Shown: one piece after another, positions 50,341-59,433 of the stretch
How the letters are laid out: each line of letters opens with the position of its first letter
Numbering within the stretch: the stretch's first letter is position 1
Source: an uncultured Acidobacteriota bacterium
GTDB lineage: Bacteria; Acidobacteriota; Vicinamibacteria; Vicinamibacterales; CAVVIG01
Direction: 5' to 3'
DNA length: 64,000 nt
NCBI GenBank assembly: GCA_963789965.1
Contig: CAWBMO010000001.1
Coordinates: 576,010 to 640,009 of the forward strand
Notes under the pieces: generated by a model
The model's database searches: none
Told to the model about the DNA's origin: nothing
The model's input: only the letters and a program-made list of their open reading frames with translations
Translations under genes and position numbers: made by a program

Positions 50341-51501
50341 TCACGGCCTCTCGCGTTTCATCACGAACGTCGTCGCAGACTTGCTGTTTGTCAGGACAAT
50401 GTTCCAGGTCGAGTCCTTGCAGGTATAGGAGAGTTCGAGGATCGCAGAAGACGGTGGGAGAATGCCTCCCAATGTATGGCTCCAGCTCCATTCGTGCGAG
50501 AGCATCGATCGACCGTTGGCATCGAGGAGATCGGTCGTGACGTTCGAACGGTCAACCCGGTCGACGACCAGACTGCCATTGTCGGCCGATAGATGGCCCG
50601 ACGCCGTTCCCTTCCACGTTTGCGAAGAGTCCCACTGTTTGTAGTAGGAATTGTAAAACTGGGTCTTGTTCATCGCAGTGTAGTCAACGGAGACATTTCC
50701 GTCGGCCCTGACGATGATCACCGCACCCGCTCCGCCGGAAACCGGTGCGCCTGAAGAACTCTGAGACTCCGACACCCATTCTCCGACGAGGCAGCGGTCG
50801 AGCTTGCCTGCAATCGCGCTGAACTTGGCGCCAGGATGTGGCTTTGATTGGGGCGTGGCTCCGGCGCCGCTGCTGCTGGCGCCGCTGGTGCCGTCAGGAC
50901 CGGAGAGCGTACTCCGAACCCAGACATGAGTCTGATAGGTGGTCCCGGTCGCATTGTCCGTAAAATCAATAAACGTATCTCCCAGCGCGACCGAGTAGAT
51001 CTGAATCGTGTTCGCCGTATTCGTGCGGGCCGTTGCCACGCTCGGATTGCTGGACACGACGCCGCTGATCTGAGGCGTGCCGCCGCCCGGGACGGTCACA
51101 TTCTGCGTATGCTTGATCAGCATCACGATCTGCGACAGCTGTGTCTTCGTGCGATCGTAACCGGCGCCGCCACCTCCCGTCGCATTCGCCGCCTGGACCC
51201 AGACTGGCAGACGATAACGTATTCCGCCGTCAAGAAATTCAACCTCAGTTTTGCCGGGAGCGACCGCGACGATCTGAACTTGGGCGGTCCGATACTTTTG
51301 CGCGGTGGCGACGCTCGGATTGCTCGATGTCACTTGGATGATATCGGGCGTTCCTGTGTTTGGCGTGGAGACGTATTCGGTATGCTTCATTTCCAAAACA
51401 AGTTGGGTCAACGTCACGGTACTTTGCGCACGTGCAGAGGCCGCCCTCATCGACAACGCAATCAGTAGCATCGTAACGAGCACCGGTCGTGTCTTGTTCA
51501 T
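50341..51501 (-). CDS. Secreted protein with two Ig-like (pilus-assembly N-terminal-type) repeats and a C-terminal domain
   Basis: Signal peptide; SSNPSVATA twice; Gly/Ser linkers. Confidence 0.7.
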   Translation of the reverse strand: MNKTRPVLVTMLLIALSMRAASARAQSTVTLTQLVLEMKHTEYVSTPNTGTPDIIQVTSSNPSVATAQKYRTAQVQIVAVAPGKTEVEFLDGGIRYRLPVWVQAANATGGGGAGYDRTKTQLSQIVMLIKHTQNVTVPGGGTPQISGVVSSNPSVATARTNTANTIQIYSVALGDTFIDFTDNATGTTYQTHVWVRSTLSGPDGTSGASSSGAGATPQSKPHPGAKFSAIAGKLDRCLVGEWVSESQSSSGAPVSGGAGAVIIVRADGNVSVDYTAMNKTQFYNSYYKQWDSSQTWKGTASGHLSADNGSLVVDRVDRSNVTTDLLDANGRSMLSHEWSWSHTLGGILPPSSAILELSYTCKDSTWNIVLTNSKSATTFVMKRERP

Positions 51502-51659
51502 GGCCAGACTCCTTTTGAATAGCTCCAATAGGAGGAACGGACACGGCCGAAGTGGCGGGGCGAAGACCATCCCTGGGGGCCAACCGGCTCCGGCGCGGCG
51601 GGCATCCTCGCCCGGGAATACAACGCCCTTCCCTGAGACGCTCTAAGGGCTTGACAGCA

Positions 51660-51812
51660 CAGGCCTTCGAGTCGTTTCAACGAGACCGTTTGACAGCCGC
51701 TGTGCAAAAGGCCGGCATCACAACGCAGCCGACGGTACAGTTCTTCCCGGTCCACGTCTACACCCCGAACATCGATGTGATCCGCAAGGCCGGGGCGTCC
51801 TCCCTGCCGTTA
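51660..51812 (+). pseudogene. Probable gene remnant (C-terminal half of a small protein)
   Basis: Protein-like QAFESFQRDRLTAAVQKAGITTQPTVQFFPVHVY with no plausible start. Confidence 0.35.
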
Positions 51813-51860
51813 GGGGGTTTGACCATCGCCCGTCCGGGCTGAATGGGTTGCTCGGCCTGG

Positions 51861-51890
51861 CACACACTCCTTTGTGTGATATAATGTGTG
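51861..51890 (+). promoter_or_regulatory. vapBC promoter/operator, leaderless
   Basis: CACACA-CTCCTT-TGTGTG palindrome overlapping an extended -10 (TGaTATAAT, 51877-51885), 6 nt before the GTG start. Confidence 0.7.
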
Positions 51891-51891
51891 A

Positions 51892-52092
51892 GTGGCCACC
51901 AATCTCGACCTCGACGATCGCCTGCTCAAGGAGGCGCTCAAAATCGGCGGGCGGGCCACGAAGAAGGAAACGGTCACCGAGGCACTTGAGGAGTACATCA
52001 ACCGCCGCAAGCAGGCCGGGGTGCTCGAGCTTTTTGGGACGGTCGAGTACCAGCATAAGTACGACTACAAGAAACAGCGCCGCCGGCGATGA
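51892..52092 (+). CDS. vapB: Type II antitoxin, VapB family
   Basis: MATNLDLDDRLL.EA...TKKETV..AL.EYI; overlaps the PIN gene (ATGA). Confidence 0.9.
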   Translation: MATNLDLDDRLLKEALKIGGRATKKETVTEALEEYINRRKQAGVLELFGTVEYQHKYDYKKQRRRR

Positions 52093-52493
52093 GGGTCCTC
52101 GTCGACACGTCGGTATGGTCGCTTGCCTTCCGGCGTCATGCGCCTGTACATCCGGCAGTTGACGAACTCCAGCGCTTGATTGTTGCCGGCCGGGCCGCGA
52201 TGGTCGGTCCCATCCGCCAGGAGATTCTCAGCGGAATCCGTGATGCTGGTGCCTTCGAGCGTCTTCGGGATCGGCTCGCGGGGTTTCCAGATGAACCGAT
52301 CGCGACCGCCGAGTACGAACGCGCGGCCGAATTTTTCAATGCCTGTCGCGCCAAAGGACTTCAGGGTTCGAATACTGACTTTCTCCTGTGCGCCGTGTCA
52401 GCCCGCCATAAGATGCCCCTCCTCACGACGGACGCCGATTTCCGCCGCTACGCCGCCGTCATCCCGTTTGCCCTGCACGTGATCGCTTGGTGA
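52089..52493 (+). CDS. vapC: PIN-domain toxin
   Basis: VLVDTSVW, QEILSG, DFLLCA, LLTTDADF. Confidence 0.92.
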   Translation: MRVLVDTSVWSLAFRRHAPVHPAVDELQRLIVAGRAAMVGPIRQEILSGIRDAGAFERLRDRLAGFPDEPIATAEYERAAEFFNACRAKGLQGSNTDFLLCAVSARHKMPLLTTDADFRRYAAVIPFALHVIAW

Positions 52494-52579
52494 ACACGTC
52501 CCTTCACACAATCACGAGTGCGGCGTTGTTCAGGGCCACCTGCGCGAGAGGCCAAACCTGGCCCGAGCGGCCTCGTCCT

Positions 52580-53443
52580 TCACACTCGTCTTTCATTCAC
52601 GTGAACGCTGTAGTATCCGTTGGCTTCTTCGACGGTCAGCGACGCGTCGAACGCCTTGCTGAGATTCGCGGCCGTCAGAACAGTCGACTTCGACCCGTCG
52701 CAGGCCACGCTCCCTCGGCTGAGCAGAATGACGCGGTCGATCTCTGGAATGATCTCGTCCGCATGATGCGTGACCAGGATGATCGTCACTCCCCCCTGCG
52801 CCACGCGGCGCACGCGTTCCATGAAATGGTGCTGCGCGACCAGATCGAGTCCGCGTGTTGGTTCATCGAGGACGAGTGCCTTGGGCTTGTGGACCAGCGC
52901 CCGGGCAATCAGCACGCGACGAGCCTCTCCTGTCGACATCGTGTCCAGCGTGGCTTCGGCGAGATGGGCGACGCCCATGCTGTCGAGCGCTTGGGCCGCC
53001 TGTTGCCGCATCGCGTCCGTCACGTGGGAGTGGGAGAACAGCCCCTGGCTCGCAAAGAAACCGGACACGACCGCGTCGCGACCGGTGATCGCACCCGAGG
53101 CGTTGCCGTGCACGAACCGATCGTGGAGATCGGCCGACACGATGCCCAACTGAGCGCGTAAGTCGAAGACGTTCCAGCGCTCCTGTCCGAACACGCGAAT
53201 CGGTGGCCTTTGACTTCGCTCAGGCCCGCCCCGAGCATTGTCGAGGGGCGGCGTGCCGTTCGAGCTGGCGAACGGATAGACCTGCAGCGTCAGGAGCTTC
53301 ATCAACGTCGACTTGCCGGAACCGTTCGGGCCCAGGATGGCTGTGTGTTCGCCGGCGTGGATGGTCAGCGTCAGCCCGTTCAGGATGCGGCTGCCGCCGA
53401 GCACCACCGAGGCGTCGTTGATTTCGAGCAGCGGCGAGTCCAC
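52580..53443 (-). CDS. ABC transporter ATP-binding protein (ModF-like)
   Basis: GPNGSGKST, MSTGE.RR, LVLDEP, VTHH. Confidence 0.9.
   Translation of the reverse strand: MDSPLLEINDASVVLGGSRILNGLTLTIHAGEHTAILGPNGSGKSTLMKLLTLQVYPFASSNGTPPLDNARGGPERSQRPPIRVFGQERWNVFDLRAQLGIVSADLHDRFVHGNASGAITGRDAVVSGFFASQGLFSHSHVTDAMRQQAAQALDSMGVAHLAEATLDTMSTGEARRVLIARALVHKPKALVLDEPTRGLDLVAQHHFMERVRRVAQGGVTIILVTHHADEIIPEIDRVILLSRGSVACDGSKSTVLTAANLSKAFDASLTVEEANGYYSVHVNERRV
53205..53251. repeat. Small palindromic element in-frame in the ABC ATPase gene
   Basis: CCTTTGAC-TTC-GCTCAGG..CCCGAGC-ATT-GTCGAGGG; adds PLDNARGGPERSQRP. Confidence 0.65.
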
Positions 53444-53446
53444 GGG

Positions 53447-54013
53447 CTACGGGCGCTGGCTCGCCGGCGGCACGTGCCCTTGCAGGCGGAGGTAGACGGC
53501 CAGTTGCCCGTAGAGATCCCAGGTGTGGCCGATCACGAACGTGAAGACGCGGGCGCGGGACGATGGTCCCAGGAAGGGAGCATCGACAGTCTGCAACATC
53601 GTTTGATCGGTTTGCTCTTTCAGGATCGCGGTGCCGTAATCGAACATGTCGGCCATCGCCTTCATGGCCGCCTCCTTGGTCATCGCAGCGGTTGCCGCAT
53701 CGACCCTTGGAGCGGGGGCCTTCCCGCCGACCAATTGAAGAAACCTGTTCGCGCCAACGCCGATGTGTACGACTCGCCGGCCGAACGTTTCCTGGGCCGG
53801 CGTCGGCTTGAAGCCGTACCCCTCCGCCGGCATTTCGTTGGCGATCTTCATCAGCGTGTCTTTCAGGTCGGTCCAGTCCTTCAGCATCTCGGCCCGGATT
53901 GAAGCAGTGACCGACGCGGTTGCGGGGGGCTGCGCGGCGATCACAGCGGGTTTCGGCGCCGCGATGACAACGATGCCGCAGGCCATCGCAAACAACCGAA
54001 TCGCGTGTTTCAT
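53447..54013 (-). CDS. DinB-family protein with signal peptide
   Basis: MPAEGYGFKPT, VVHI, HTWDLYGQLAVYLRL.G.VPP. Confidence 0.85.
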   Translation of the reverse strand: MKHAIRLFAMACGIVVIAAPKPAVIAAQPPATASVTASIRAEMLKDWTDLKDTLMKIANEMPAEGYGFKPTPAQETFGRRVVHIGVGANRFLQLVGGKAPAPRVDAATAAMTKEAAMKAMADMFDYGTAILKEQTDQTMLQTVDAPFLGPSSRARVFTFVIGHTWDLYGQLAVYLRLQGHVPPASQRP

Positions 54014-54028
54014 GAGCGGGCCTCCTTA

Positions 54029-54373
54029 TTATGACCGGGCGTCGCCGGACGTCACAAACGCGGGATCCACGAGACCGGTGTACTCGGGATGGCGACTGAT
54101 GAAGCCGGCAACGAAGGGGCAATACGGTCTCACCGTGAATCCCTGATCTCTGGCGTCATTCAAAACTGAACGGGCCAACTCATCGCCCAGCCGCTTGCCT
54201 CGCAGTGCCGGCGGCACTTCGGTATGAATCAGCGATAACACGTTCTGTTTCAGATGGTAGGTCAGAAACGCCGTGTGCTCCCCGATCGTGATCTCGATAC
54301 GATCCTGGTCGGTGTCCCGCACGATCGGCACGCTCGTGCCATCGACCAGCACTCGAGCGAGCTCGTGCTTCAT
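54029..54373 (-). CDS. GNAT acetyltransferase (YjdJ-like)
   Basis: HTEVPPALRGK.LG, PYCPFV. Confidence 0.9.
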   Translation of the reverse strand: MKHELARVLVDGTSVPIVRDTDQDRIEITIGEHTAFLTYHLKQNVLSLIHTEVPPALRGKRLGDELARSVLNDARDQGFTVRPYCPFVAGFISRHPEYTGLVDPAFVTSGDARS

Positions 54374-55530
54374 CTGACAATCACCGAGTCTGCCTCCTGG
54401 GACGGTACGTCAGCCAGCTGGATTTGCAGGTTGCCAGGATTGGTCGCATAGAGCAGCCCGGTGGCATACGAGACGACCCCTGCACGCACCAGTTTTTCGA
54501 TCTCGCCGTCGAAGTACTGCATGCCGTCCAGCTCGCCATCCTTCATGGCATCAAGCAGCGTCTTGCCTTCGGCCTCGCCCTGTTCAATGTAATCACGCGT
54601 GCGCATCGTTGCCTTCAAGACTTCGAGAAGGACCGCGCGCCCTCCGGCCTTCTTGGGGATCAGACGTTGGGAGATGAAGTAGCGGAACGACGACGCCAGC
54701 CGCGTGCGCACGCTCTGCTGATCTCCCGCCTCGAACGTGCCGATGACCCGCTCGACGGTTTTCGAGGCGTCGATCGTATGGAGCGTCGACAGCACCAGGT
54801 GACCGGTTTCCGCCGCGGTCAGCGCGGTCTCGATCGTTTCGCGGTCGCGCATCTCGCCGACTAGAATGACCTTGGGCGCCTGCCGCAGGGCGGCGCGGAG
54901 CGCCAGCGCGAAGGTCGGCGTATCGGTATGCAGCTCTCGCTGGTGCACCGTCCCTTTCTTGTGCTGGTGCAGGAATTCAACCGGGTCTTCAATGGTGATG
55001 ATGTGTTCGGCGCGCGTCTCGTTGATCAGATCGATGAGGGCCGCCAGCGTCGACGACTTCCCCGATCCGGTCGGACCGGTGACCAGAACGATGCCGTTCT
55101 TGAGCGCCGCGATCTCGGCAAGCGATGACGGAAGGTTGAGATCGGCGAGCGTCGGGATCTTCGCTGCAATCACCCGCATGACGACGGCGAACGTGCCTCG
55201 CTGGCGGAACACGTTGACGCGGAAGCGGGCCCGGCCAGGGAGCATGTACGAGATGTCGCACGCGCCCTCTTCTTTGAGCGTGCGCAGCGCCCTCTCGTTG
55301 GCACCGATGATGTCGCGCGCCACCCGCGCCGTATCGTCGGGCTCCAGAACAGGAACTTCGGGCACCGCGATTGGCACCAGCTGTCCGTGCTGTTCCACCT
55401 GCGGAGGCCGGCCCGGCGAGAAAACCAGATCGCTGATCCCCTTGCCGGAGTCGAGCATCGCGATGATGAGCGCCGGCGTCGCGATTCGGGCCGGAGGGCC
55501 CTCTGAGGTGGCGGGAGCGTTCGTTGTCAT
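54370..55530 (-). CDS. pilT: Type IV pilus retraction ATPase PilT/PilU family
   Basis: RFRVNVFRQRG, GPTGSGKSSTLAA, TIEDPVE, LVGEMRD, AETGHLVLSTLHT. Confidence 0.92.
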   Translation of the reverse strand: MTTNAPATSEGPPARIATPALIIAMLDSGKGISDLVFSPGRPPQVEQHGQLVPIAVPEVPVLEPDDTARVARDIIGANERALRTLKEEGACDISYMLPGRARFRVNVFRQRGTFAVVMRVIAAKIPTLADLNLPSSLAEIAALKNGIVLVTGPTGSGKSSTLAALIDLINETRAEHIITIEDPVEFLHQHKKGTVHQRELHTDTPTFALALRAALRQAPKVILVGEMRDRETIETALTAAETGHLVLSTLHTIDASKTVERVIGTFEAGDQQSVRTRLASSFRYFISQRLIPKKAGGRAVLLEVLKATMRTRDYIEQGEAEGKTLLDAMKDGELDGMQYFDGEIEKLVRAGVVSYATGLLYATNPGNLQIQLADVPSQEADSVIVR

Positions 55531-55561
55531 GGCGACATCCTAATGGGAGAGCGCTGCTCTT

Positions 55562-56305
55562 CTATGCTTTCGTCGCCTTGAACCGCAGGCGGACATACGG
55601 GGCGGTCCAACGGCCGCGCCAGTCGCACAGTGAGGGACGAAGCAGGTCCTCGATTTCCTCGAGGACCGATTCACTGACTTCGCTTCCTGCACCCAGTCGA
55701 TCGAGCGTTGCACGCTCGAAAATAGTCAGCCAGCCCCGGATGCCGGTTGGAAGCGGCGTCGGCCGCGGAATCAGGGCGATTTCGCGCACGTCGAATCCGT
55801 GCGCCTCGAGTCGCGCGCGGTATTCGTCGTCGCTTGGGTAGTATCGGCGCTTTTCAGCGGGAAGGTTACGCCGCGCGAGCACCGCACGCACGGCTACCTC
55901 AATCGCGGCGATGTTGCCGTAGCCGCCGAACTCGGCGACAAAACGGCCTCCGGGCCGGAGCGCGCGGGCGACGCCCGACAGCAGGGCGTCGTGATTCCGC
56001 ACCCAGTGCAGCGCGGCATTGGAGAACACCGCGTCGAACTCGTTGCGGAACGCGAGCTCTTCCGCGTTCAGCAGGCGCGCGTCCAGGCCCCGCGCCCGCG
56101 CCGCATCGATCATGTCCTCGGAGCTGTCGACGCCGACGACCGCCGCGCCGCGCGAGGCGATCTGCTGCGTGAGCGTGCCCTCGCCGCACCCGACGTCCAG
56201 CACCCGCTCGCCAGGCCGCGCGTCGAGCAGCGCAAGGACCGCGGCGCCAAGGTTCGGCACGTAGGCCGCGTGTTCGAGGTAACGGTCGCTGCTCCAGGTG
56301 TTCAC
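55562..56305 (-). CDS. SAM-dependent methyltransferase (Tam-like)
   Basis: VLDVGCGEG, FDAVFSNAALHW, YVRLRF. Confidence 0.9.
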   Translation of the reverse strand: MNTWSSDRYLEHAAYVPNLGAAVLALLDARPGERVLDVGCGEGTLTQQIASRGAAVVGVDSSEDMIDAARARGLDARLLNAEELAFRNEFDAVFSNAALHWVRNHDALLSGVARALRPGGRFVAEFGGYGNIAAIEVAVRAVLARRNLPAEKRRYYPSDDEYRARLEAHGFDVREIALIPRPTPLPTGIRGWLTIFERATLDRLGAGSEVSESVLEEIEDLLRPSLCDWRGRWTAPYVRLRFKATKA

Positions 56306-56507
56306 TGTGTCCTGTTCTGGTTGGAGTTTACGCTGCGAGTCGTTTCCCGTCTAACCAGGTGAAGAACACGCTCGGCAATGACGCCGGGCGGCCGGTTCTG
56401 CCGCGGGTTGCTCAGCATTGCACTGGTGCACCGCTGCACAGGCTCCCCCCGGGCTTGTTAGAGGTCCACGCGGGTTCGGTTTGAGGTCGATAAGAGAAGG
56501 AGGAGTC

Positions 56508-56786
56508 ATGAAGGTGTTACGAGTCATCCCGGCGCTCCTGGCTGCCGGCTGGATCACGGTCAGCGGCATGCAGCCTGTGCTGGCGCAGGTGCAGGCAAAA
56601 CCGACGCGGCCCGAACAGGCCGTGCCCAAACGGCCCGAGCCCGATCGTCCCGATCATCGGCGCCCGCACCGCGACCGGCCGGAGCGTCCCGAACGGCGCG
56701 ATCACGACCGAGGCCGGCCGGATCGTCCGGAGCGAACCGAGCGGCCGGCGAGCGCCGAGCGAGTGGAGCGCTCGGCGAAGCGCTAA
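56508..56786 (+). CDS. Small secreted Arg/Pro/Glu-rich protein
   Basis: Strong RBS (AAGGAGGAG), signal peptide, RPERP repeats. Confidence 0.75.
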   Translation: MKVLRVIPALLAAGWITVSGMQPVLAQVQAKPTRPEQAVPKRPEPDRPDHRRPHRDRPERPERRDHDRGRPDRPERTERPASAERVERSAKR

Positions 56787-57661
56787 TGGCTGGACACAAC
56801 AGGCAGGGCCGCGAGGCCCTGCCTCTCATCATCCATGCGGCGGTTGTCGCCATCCTGATGCTTCTCGCGACGCCGGCCGTTGGCCGCGCGCAGAACGGGC
56901 AATGGCAGTTTGGTTCCGCGCCAAGCTTTTCGAGCGGGAAGTACGGGACCGACGCGCGCACCGAGGTCCTGCACACGCCGATCACCGCCCGTCGTCTGTT
57001 CGGCGACGGTGACGTGACGTTCGTGTTCCCGATCACCTGCATCTGGGGAGACGGCGGCGTGACCGTCGTGAACGGATCGCCAGTCCGGCAGCAGCGGCTC
57101 GCCAACAGTACCGCCGGCAGAGCCGCGACGAGCAGCCGTACTGGTGCTGGTGCTGGCAGCTCCGGATCGGCCCGCAACTGCGGCATGGGCGACGTCGTCG
57201 TCCGCGGTCGCTACTATCTTCTCGACGAACGTAGGTGGCTTCCGACGATCGCACTCCGCGCGCACGTCAAGGCACCGACCGCCAGCGCCGAACGCGGCCT
57301 TGGCACCGGTCGGCCCGATGAGGGAGTTGGACTGGAAATCAGCCGGACCATCGCGGGAGGCACGCTGGCGATGGTGGACGGCGGCTACACCGTCATCGGC
57401 AAGCCTGACGGCGTCGTCTACAACAACAATTGGTGGTACGACGTCGGCATCGGCCAGGACGTGCGGAAGGTCGTCAACGTGAGCGTCTTCTTCGAGGAGT
57501 ACCGCGCCATCGTGCCCGGGCTCGCGAATCCGCGTGACGTGCTCGCGGCCGTGAGCGTGACCGGCGCGAGCGGCTGGCGCTTCCAGGTAGCTGGAGAGTT
57601 CGGTTTGTCCGACGGTGCTCCGGATCACGCGGTCACGTTCGGGACCAGCAAACGATTTTGA
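56786..57661 (+). CDS. Putative outer-membrane beta-barrel
   Basis: Signal peptide, SSGKYG, GMGDV, KAPTA...GLGTG..D, terminal Phe. Confidence 0.72.
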   Translation: MAGHNRQGREALPLIIHAAVVAILMLLATPAVGRAQNGQWQFGSAPSFSSGKYGTDARTEVLHTPITARRLFGDGDVTFVFPITCIWGDGGVTVVNGSPVRQQRLANSTAGRAATSSRTGAGAGSSGSARNCGMGDVVVRGRYYLLDERRWLPTIALRAHVKAPTASAERGLGTGRPDEGVGLEISRTIAGGTLAMVDGGYTVIGKPDGVVYNNNWWYDVGIGQDVRKVVNVSVFFEEYRAIVPGLANPRDVLAAVSVTGASGWRFQVAGEFGLSDGAPDHAVTFGTSKRF

Positions 57662-57684
57662 CCGGTTGCTGAAGAGCGGGCATC

Positions 57685-57719
57685 CAGAAGTCAAAAGTGA
57701 GAAGTCAGAAGTCAGAACT
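57685..57719. repeat. 5 x 7-bp tandem repeat (CAGAAGT) over the ECF start
   Basis: cagaagt caaaagt gagaagt cagaagt cagaact. Confidence 0.75.
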
Positions 57720-58293
57720 GGATCCTGCTCTTGACGACGTGGCGCTCGTTCGAGCCGCGCAGCGCGGGGACCGCGAAGCGTTTGGCGCGCTCGTCTCCCG
57801 CCACGCACCATCGATTCTCAGTCTGACGACGAGGATGCTGGGGCAGACTGCTGACGCGGAAGATGTGGCACAGGAAACGTTCGTCGCGGCGTACAAGGCG
57901 TTGTCGCGTTTTCAGCTCGATTCAAAGTTCTCGACGTGGCTGTATCGGATTGCCGCGAACAAATGTACCGACGCACTCAGGGCCCGGCGTCCTGAAAACA
58001 TTTCTCTCGACGCCACGGGCGACGAAAGCTCGGTCGCGTGGGAGACCGCGAACGAAGAGACGCCGCACCGGGAGTTGGAGCAGGCTGAGCTGGCGTGGGA
58101 GCTCGACACGGCGATCCAGGCGCTGCCGCACCTCTACCGCGAGTCGTTTGTGCTGAAGCATGTTGAAGGTCTAGGCTACGACGAGATGAGCGCCATCCTC
58201 GGCGTGCATCGCGACACTCTCAAGATGCGTGTCTATAAAGCCCGCACGCTGCTCTGCCAATCGCTGGCGCATCTGGACGGGGCGCCCCGATGA
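57697..58293 (+). CDS. ECF sigma factor
   Basis: DAEDVAQETF, FSTWLYRIAAN, region 4 GLGYDEMS..LG...TLKMRV. Confidence 0.93.
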   Translation: MRSQKSELDPALDDVALVRAAQRGDREAFGALVSRHAPSILSLTTRMLGQTADAEDVAQETFVAAYKALSRFQLDSKFSTWLYRIAANKCTDALRARRPENISLDATGDESSVAWETANEETPHRELEQAELAWELDTAIQALPHLYRESFVLKHVEGLGYDEMSAILGVHRDTLKMRVYKARTLLCQSLAHLDGAPR

Positions 58294-59003
58294 AAGGAAA
58301 GGCATTCGACATGATCGACTCCGAGCAGCTCGTGCAGCGGTTTGTCGACCAGGAGCTCTCCGCCGAAGAGCGCGTGCGATTCGTCGCGCGGCTGGGGCGG
58401 GACGAGGGGCTGCGCCAGCGGGCGATCGAGCTCGAGCAGCTCGTGCTCGGCGTCAGCCGGCTGCCCCGGCCGGCGGTGCCCGATGGGTTCGTCGCCGCCG
58501 TGTTGGAACGGACCGCTCCAGCGCCGTCGATCTGGCGCACGCTCGCCGACGCACTCTGGGCGCCGCGCGATCTTCAGTGGAATCTGGCGAGCGCCGTTAC
58601 CTGTCTCGCCTTGCTCGTTGCGGGTGGCGTCGTCGCTGGGCGTCTGGCCGTCGGACCCGGCCAGCCCGCAGTGACACCAAGCGCGGCCGACACCCCCGTT
58701 GCCGCTGCAGCCTCCGCGTCGACCGTGCTCGTTCGACTGGTCATCCTGCAGCCCGGCGCGAGAACCGTGCAGGTTGCCGGCGACTTCAACGGGTGGAACC
58801 CCGCGCGCACGTCACTCGAACAGATTTCCGACGGTGCGTGGGCAGTGACCATTCCCCTCAAGCCAGGACGCTACGAATACAGTTTCGTTGTGGACGGCCA
58901 ACAGTGGATCGCCGACCCGTTTGCCGCCGAGCAGAGCGACGACGGGTTTGGATCGCGGAACGCGGTGCTCGATGTGAGTCCGCAGTTGGGGGCACAATCA
59001 TGA
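58290..59003 (+). CDS. Putative anti-sigma factor with TM helix and C-terminal CBM48/AMPK-beta glycogen-binding domain
   Basis: FVDQELS N-terminus, TM helix, VQVAGDFNGW, LKPGRYEYSFVVDG.QW..DP, DGFG..N. Confidence 0.85.
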   Translation: MKGKAFDMIDSEQLVQRFVDQELSAEERVRFVARLGRDEGLRQRAIELEQLVLGVSRLPRPAVPDGFVAAVLERTAPAPSIWRTLADALWAPRDLQWNLASAVTCLALLVAGGVVAGRLAVGPGQPAVTPSAADTPVAAAASASTVLVRLVILQPGARTVQVAGDFNGWNPARTSLEQISDGAWAVTIPLKPGRYEYSFVVDGQQWIADPFAAEQSDDGFGSRNAVLDVSPQLGAQS

Positions 59004-59045
59004 CGCGTTGCTTGTCCGACAGGCCTCGATTAGGCTCCAGTGGCT

Positions 59046-59414
59046 ATGCCTGCAAGGTTATCTGGGGCGCTTGCGGCGACATTCGTCGCGGTGATGATGG
59101 GTACATCGTGCGCGGGAAGAATTGCGCCGGCGGCGCCCATCGCCACGCCGGCGGGCGTGCGGTTCGTGCTGATGCGACCCGAGGCGCGCAGCGTGGCGCT
59201 GGCCGGCAGCTTCAATCAATGGTCGGCAACCTCGTATCCCCTCGTGCGCGACGGATCACGTGGGCTCTGGACAGTCGTCGTTCCGTTGGCTCCCGGCGAG
59301 CATCTCTTCATGTATGTTGTGGACGGCACCGAGTGGGTCAGCCCGCCGCTTGCCGAGGACTACGTGGATGATGGGTTCGGTGCGAAGAATGGAGTCGTGG
59401 TTGTCCGGCCGTGA
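59046..59414 (+). CDS. CBM48/glycogen-binding-domain lipoprotein
   Basis: Lipobox-like GTSC; VALAGSFNQW, LAPGEH..MYVVDG..W, DDGFG.KN. Confidence 0.82.
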   Translation: MPARLSGALAATFVAVMMGTSCAGRIAPAAPIATPAGVRFVLMRPEARSVALAGSFNQWSATSYPLVRDGSRGLWTVVVPLAPGEHLFMYVVDGTEWVSPPLAEDYVDDGFGAKNGVVVVRP

Positions 59415-59433
59415 CCTGAAAGCACTACGGGCC

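Noticed and set aside
51502-51655. c-di-GMP riboswitch in the leader of the Ig-repeat gene
   Set aside because: Only vague resemblance; core motifs not matched. An Rfam scan would settle it.
54370-55530. Type IV pilus or conjugation locus
   Set aside because: pilT is alone; no pilB, pilC or pilin genes nearby.
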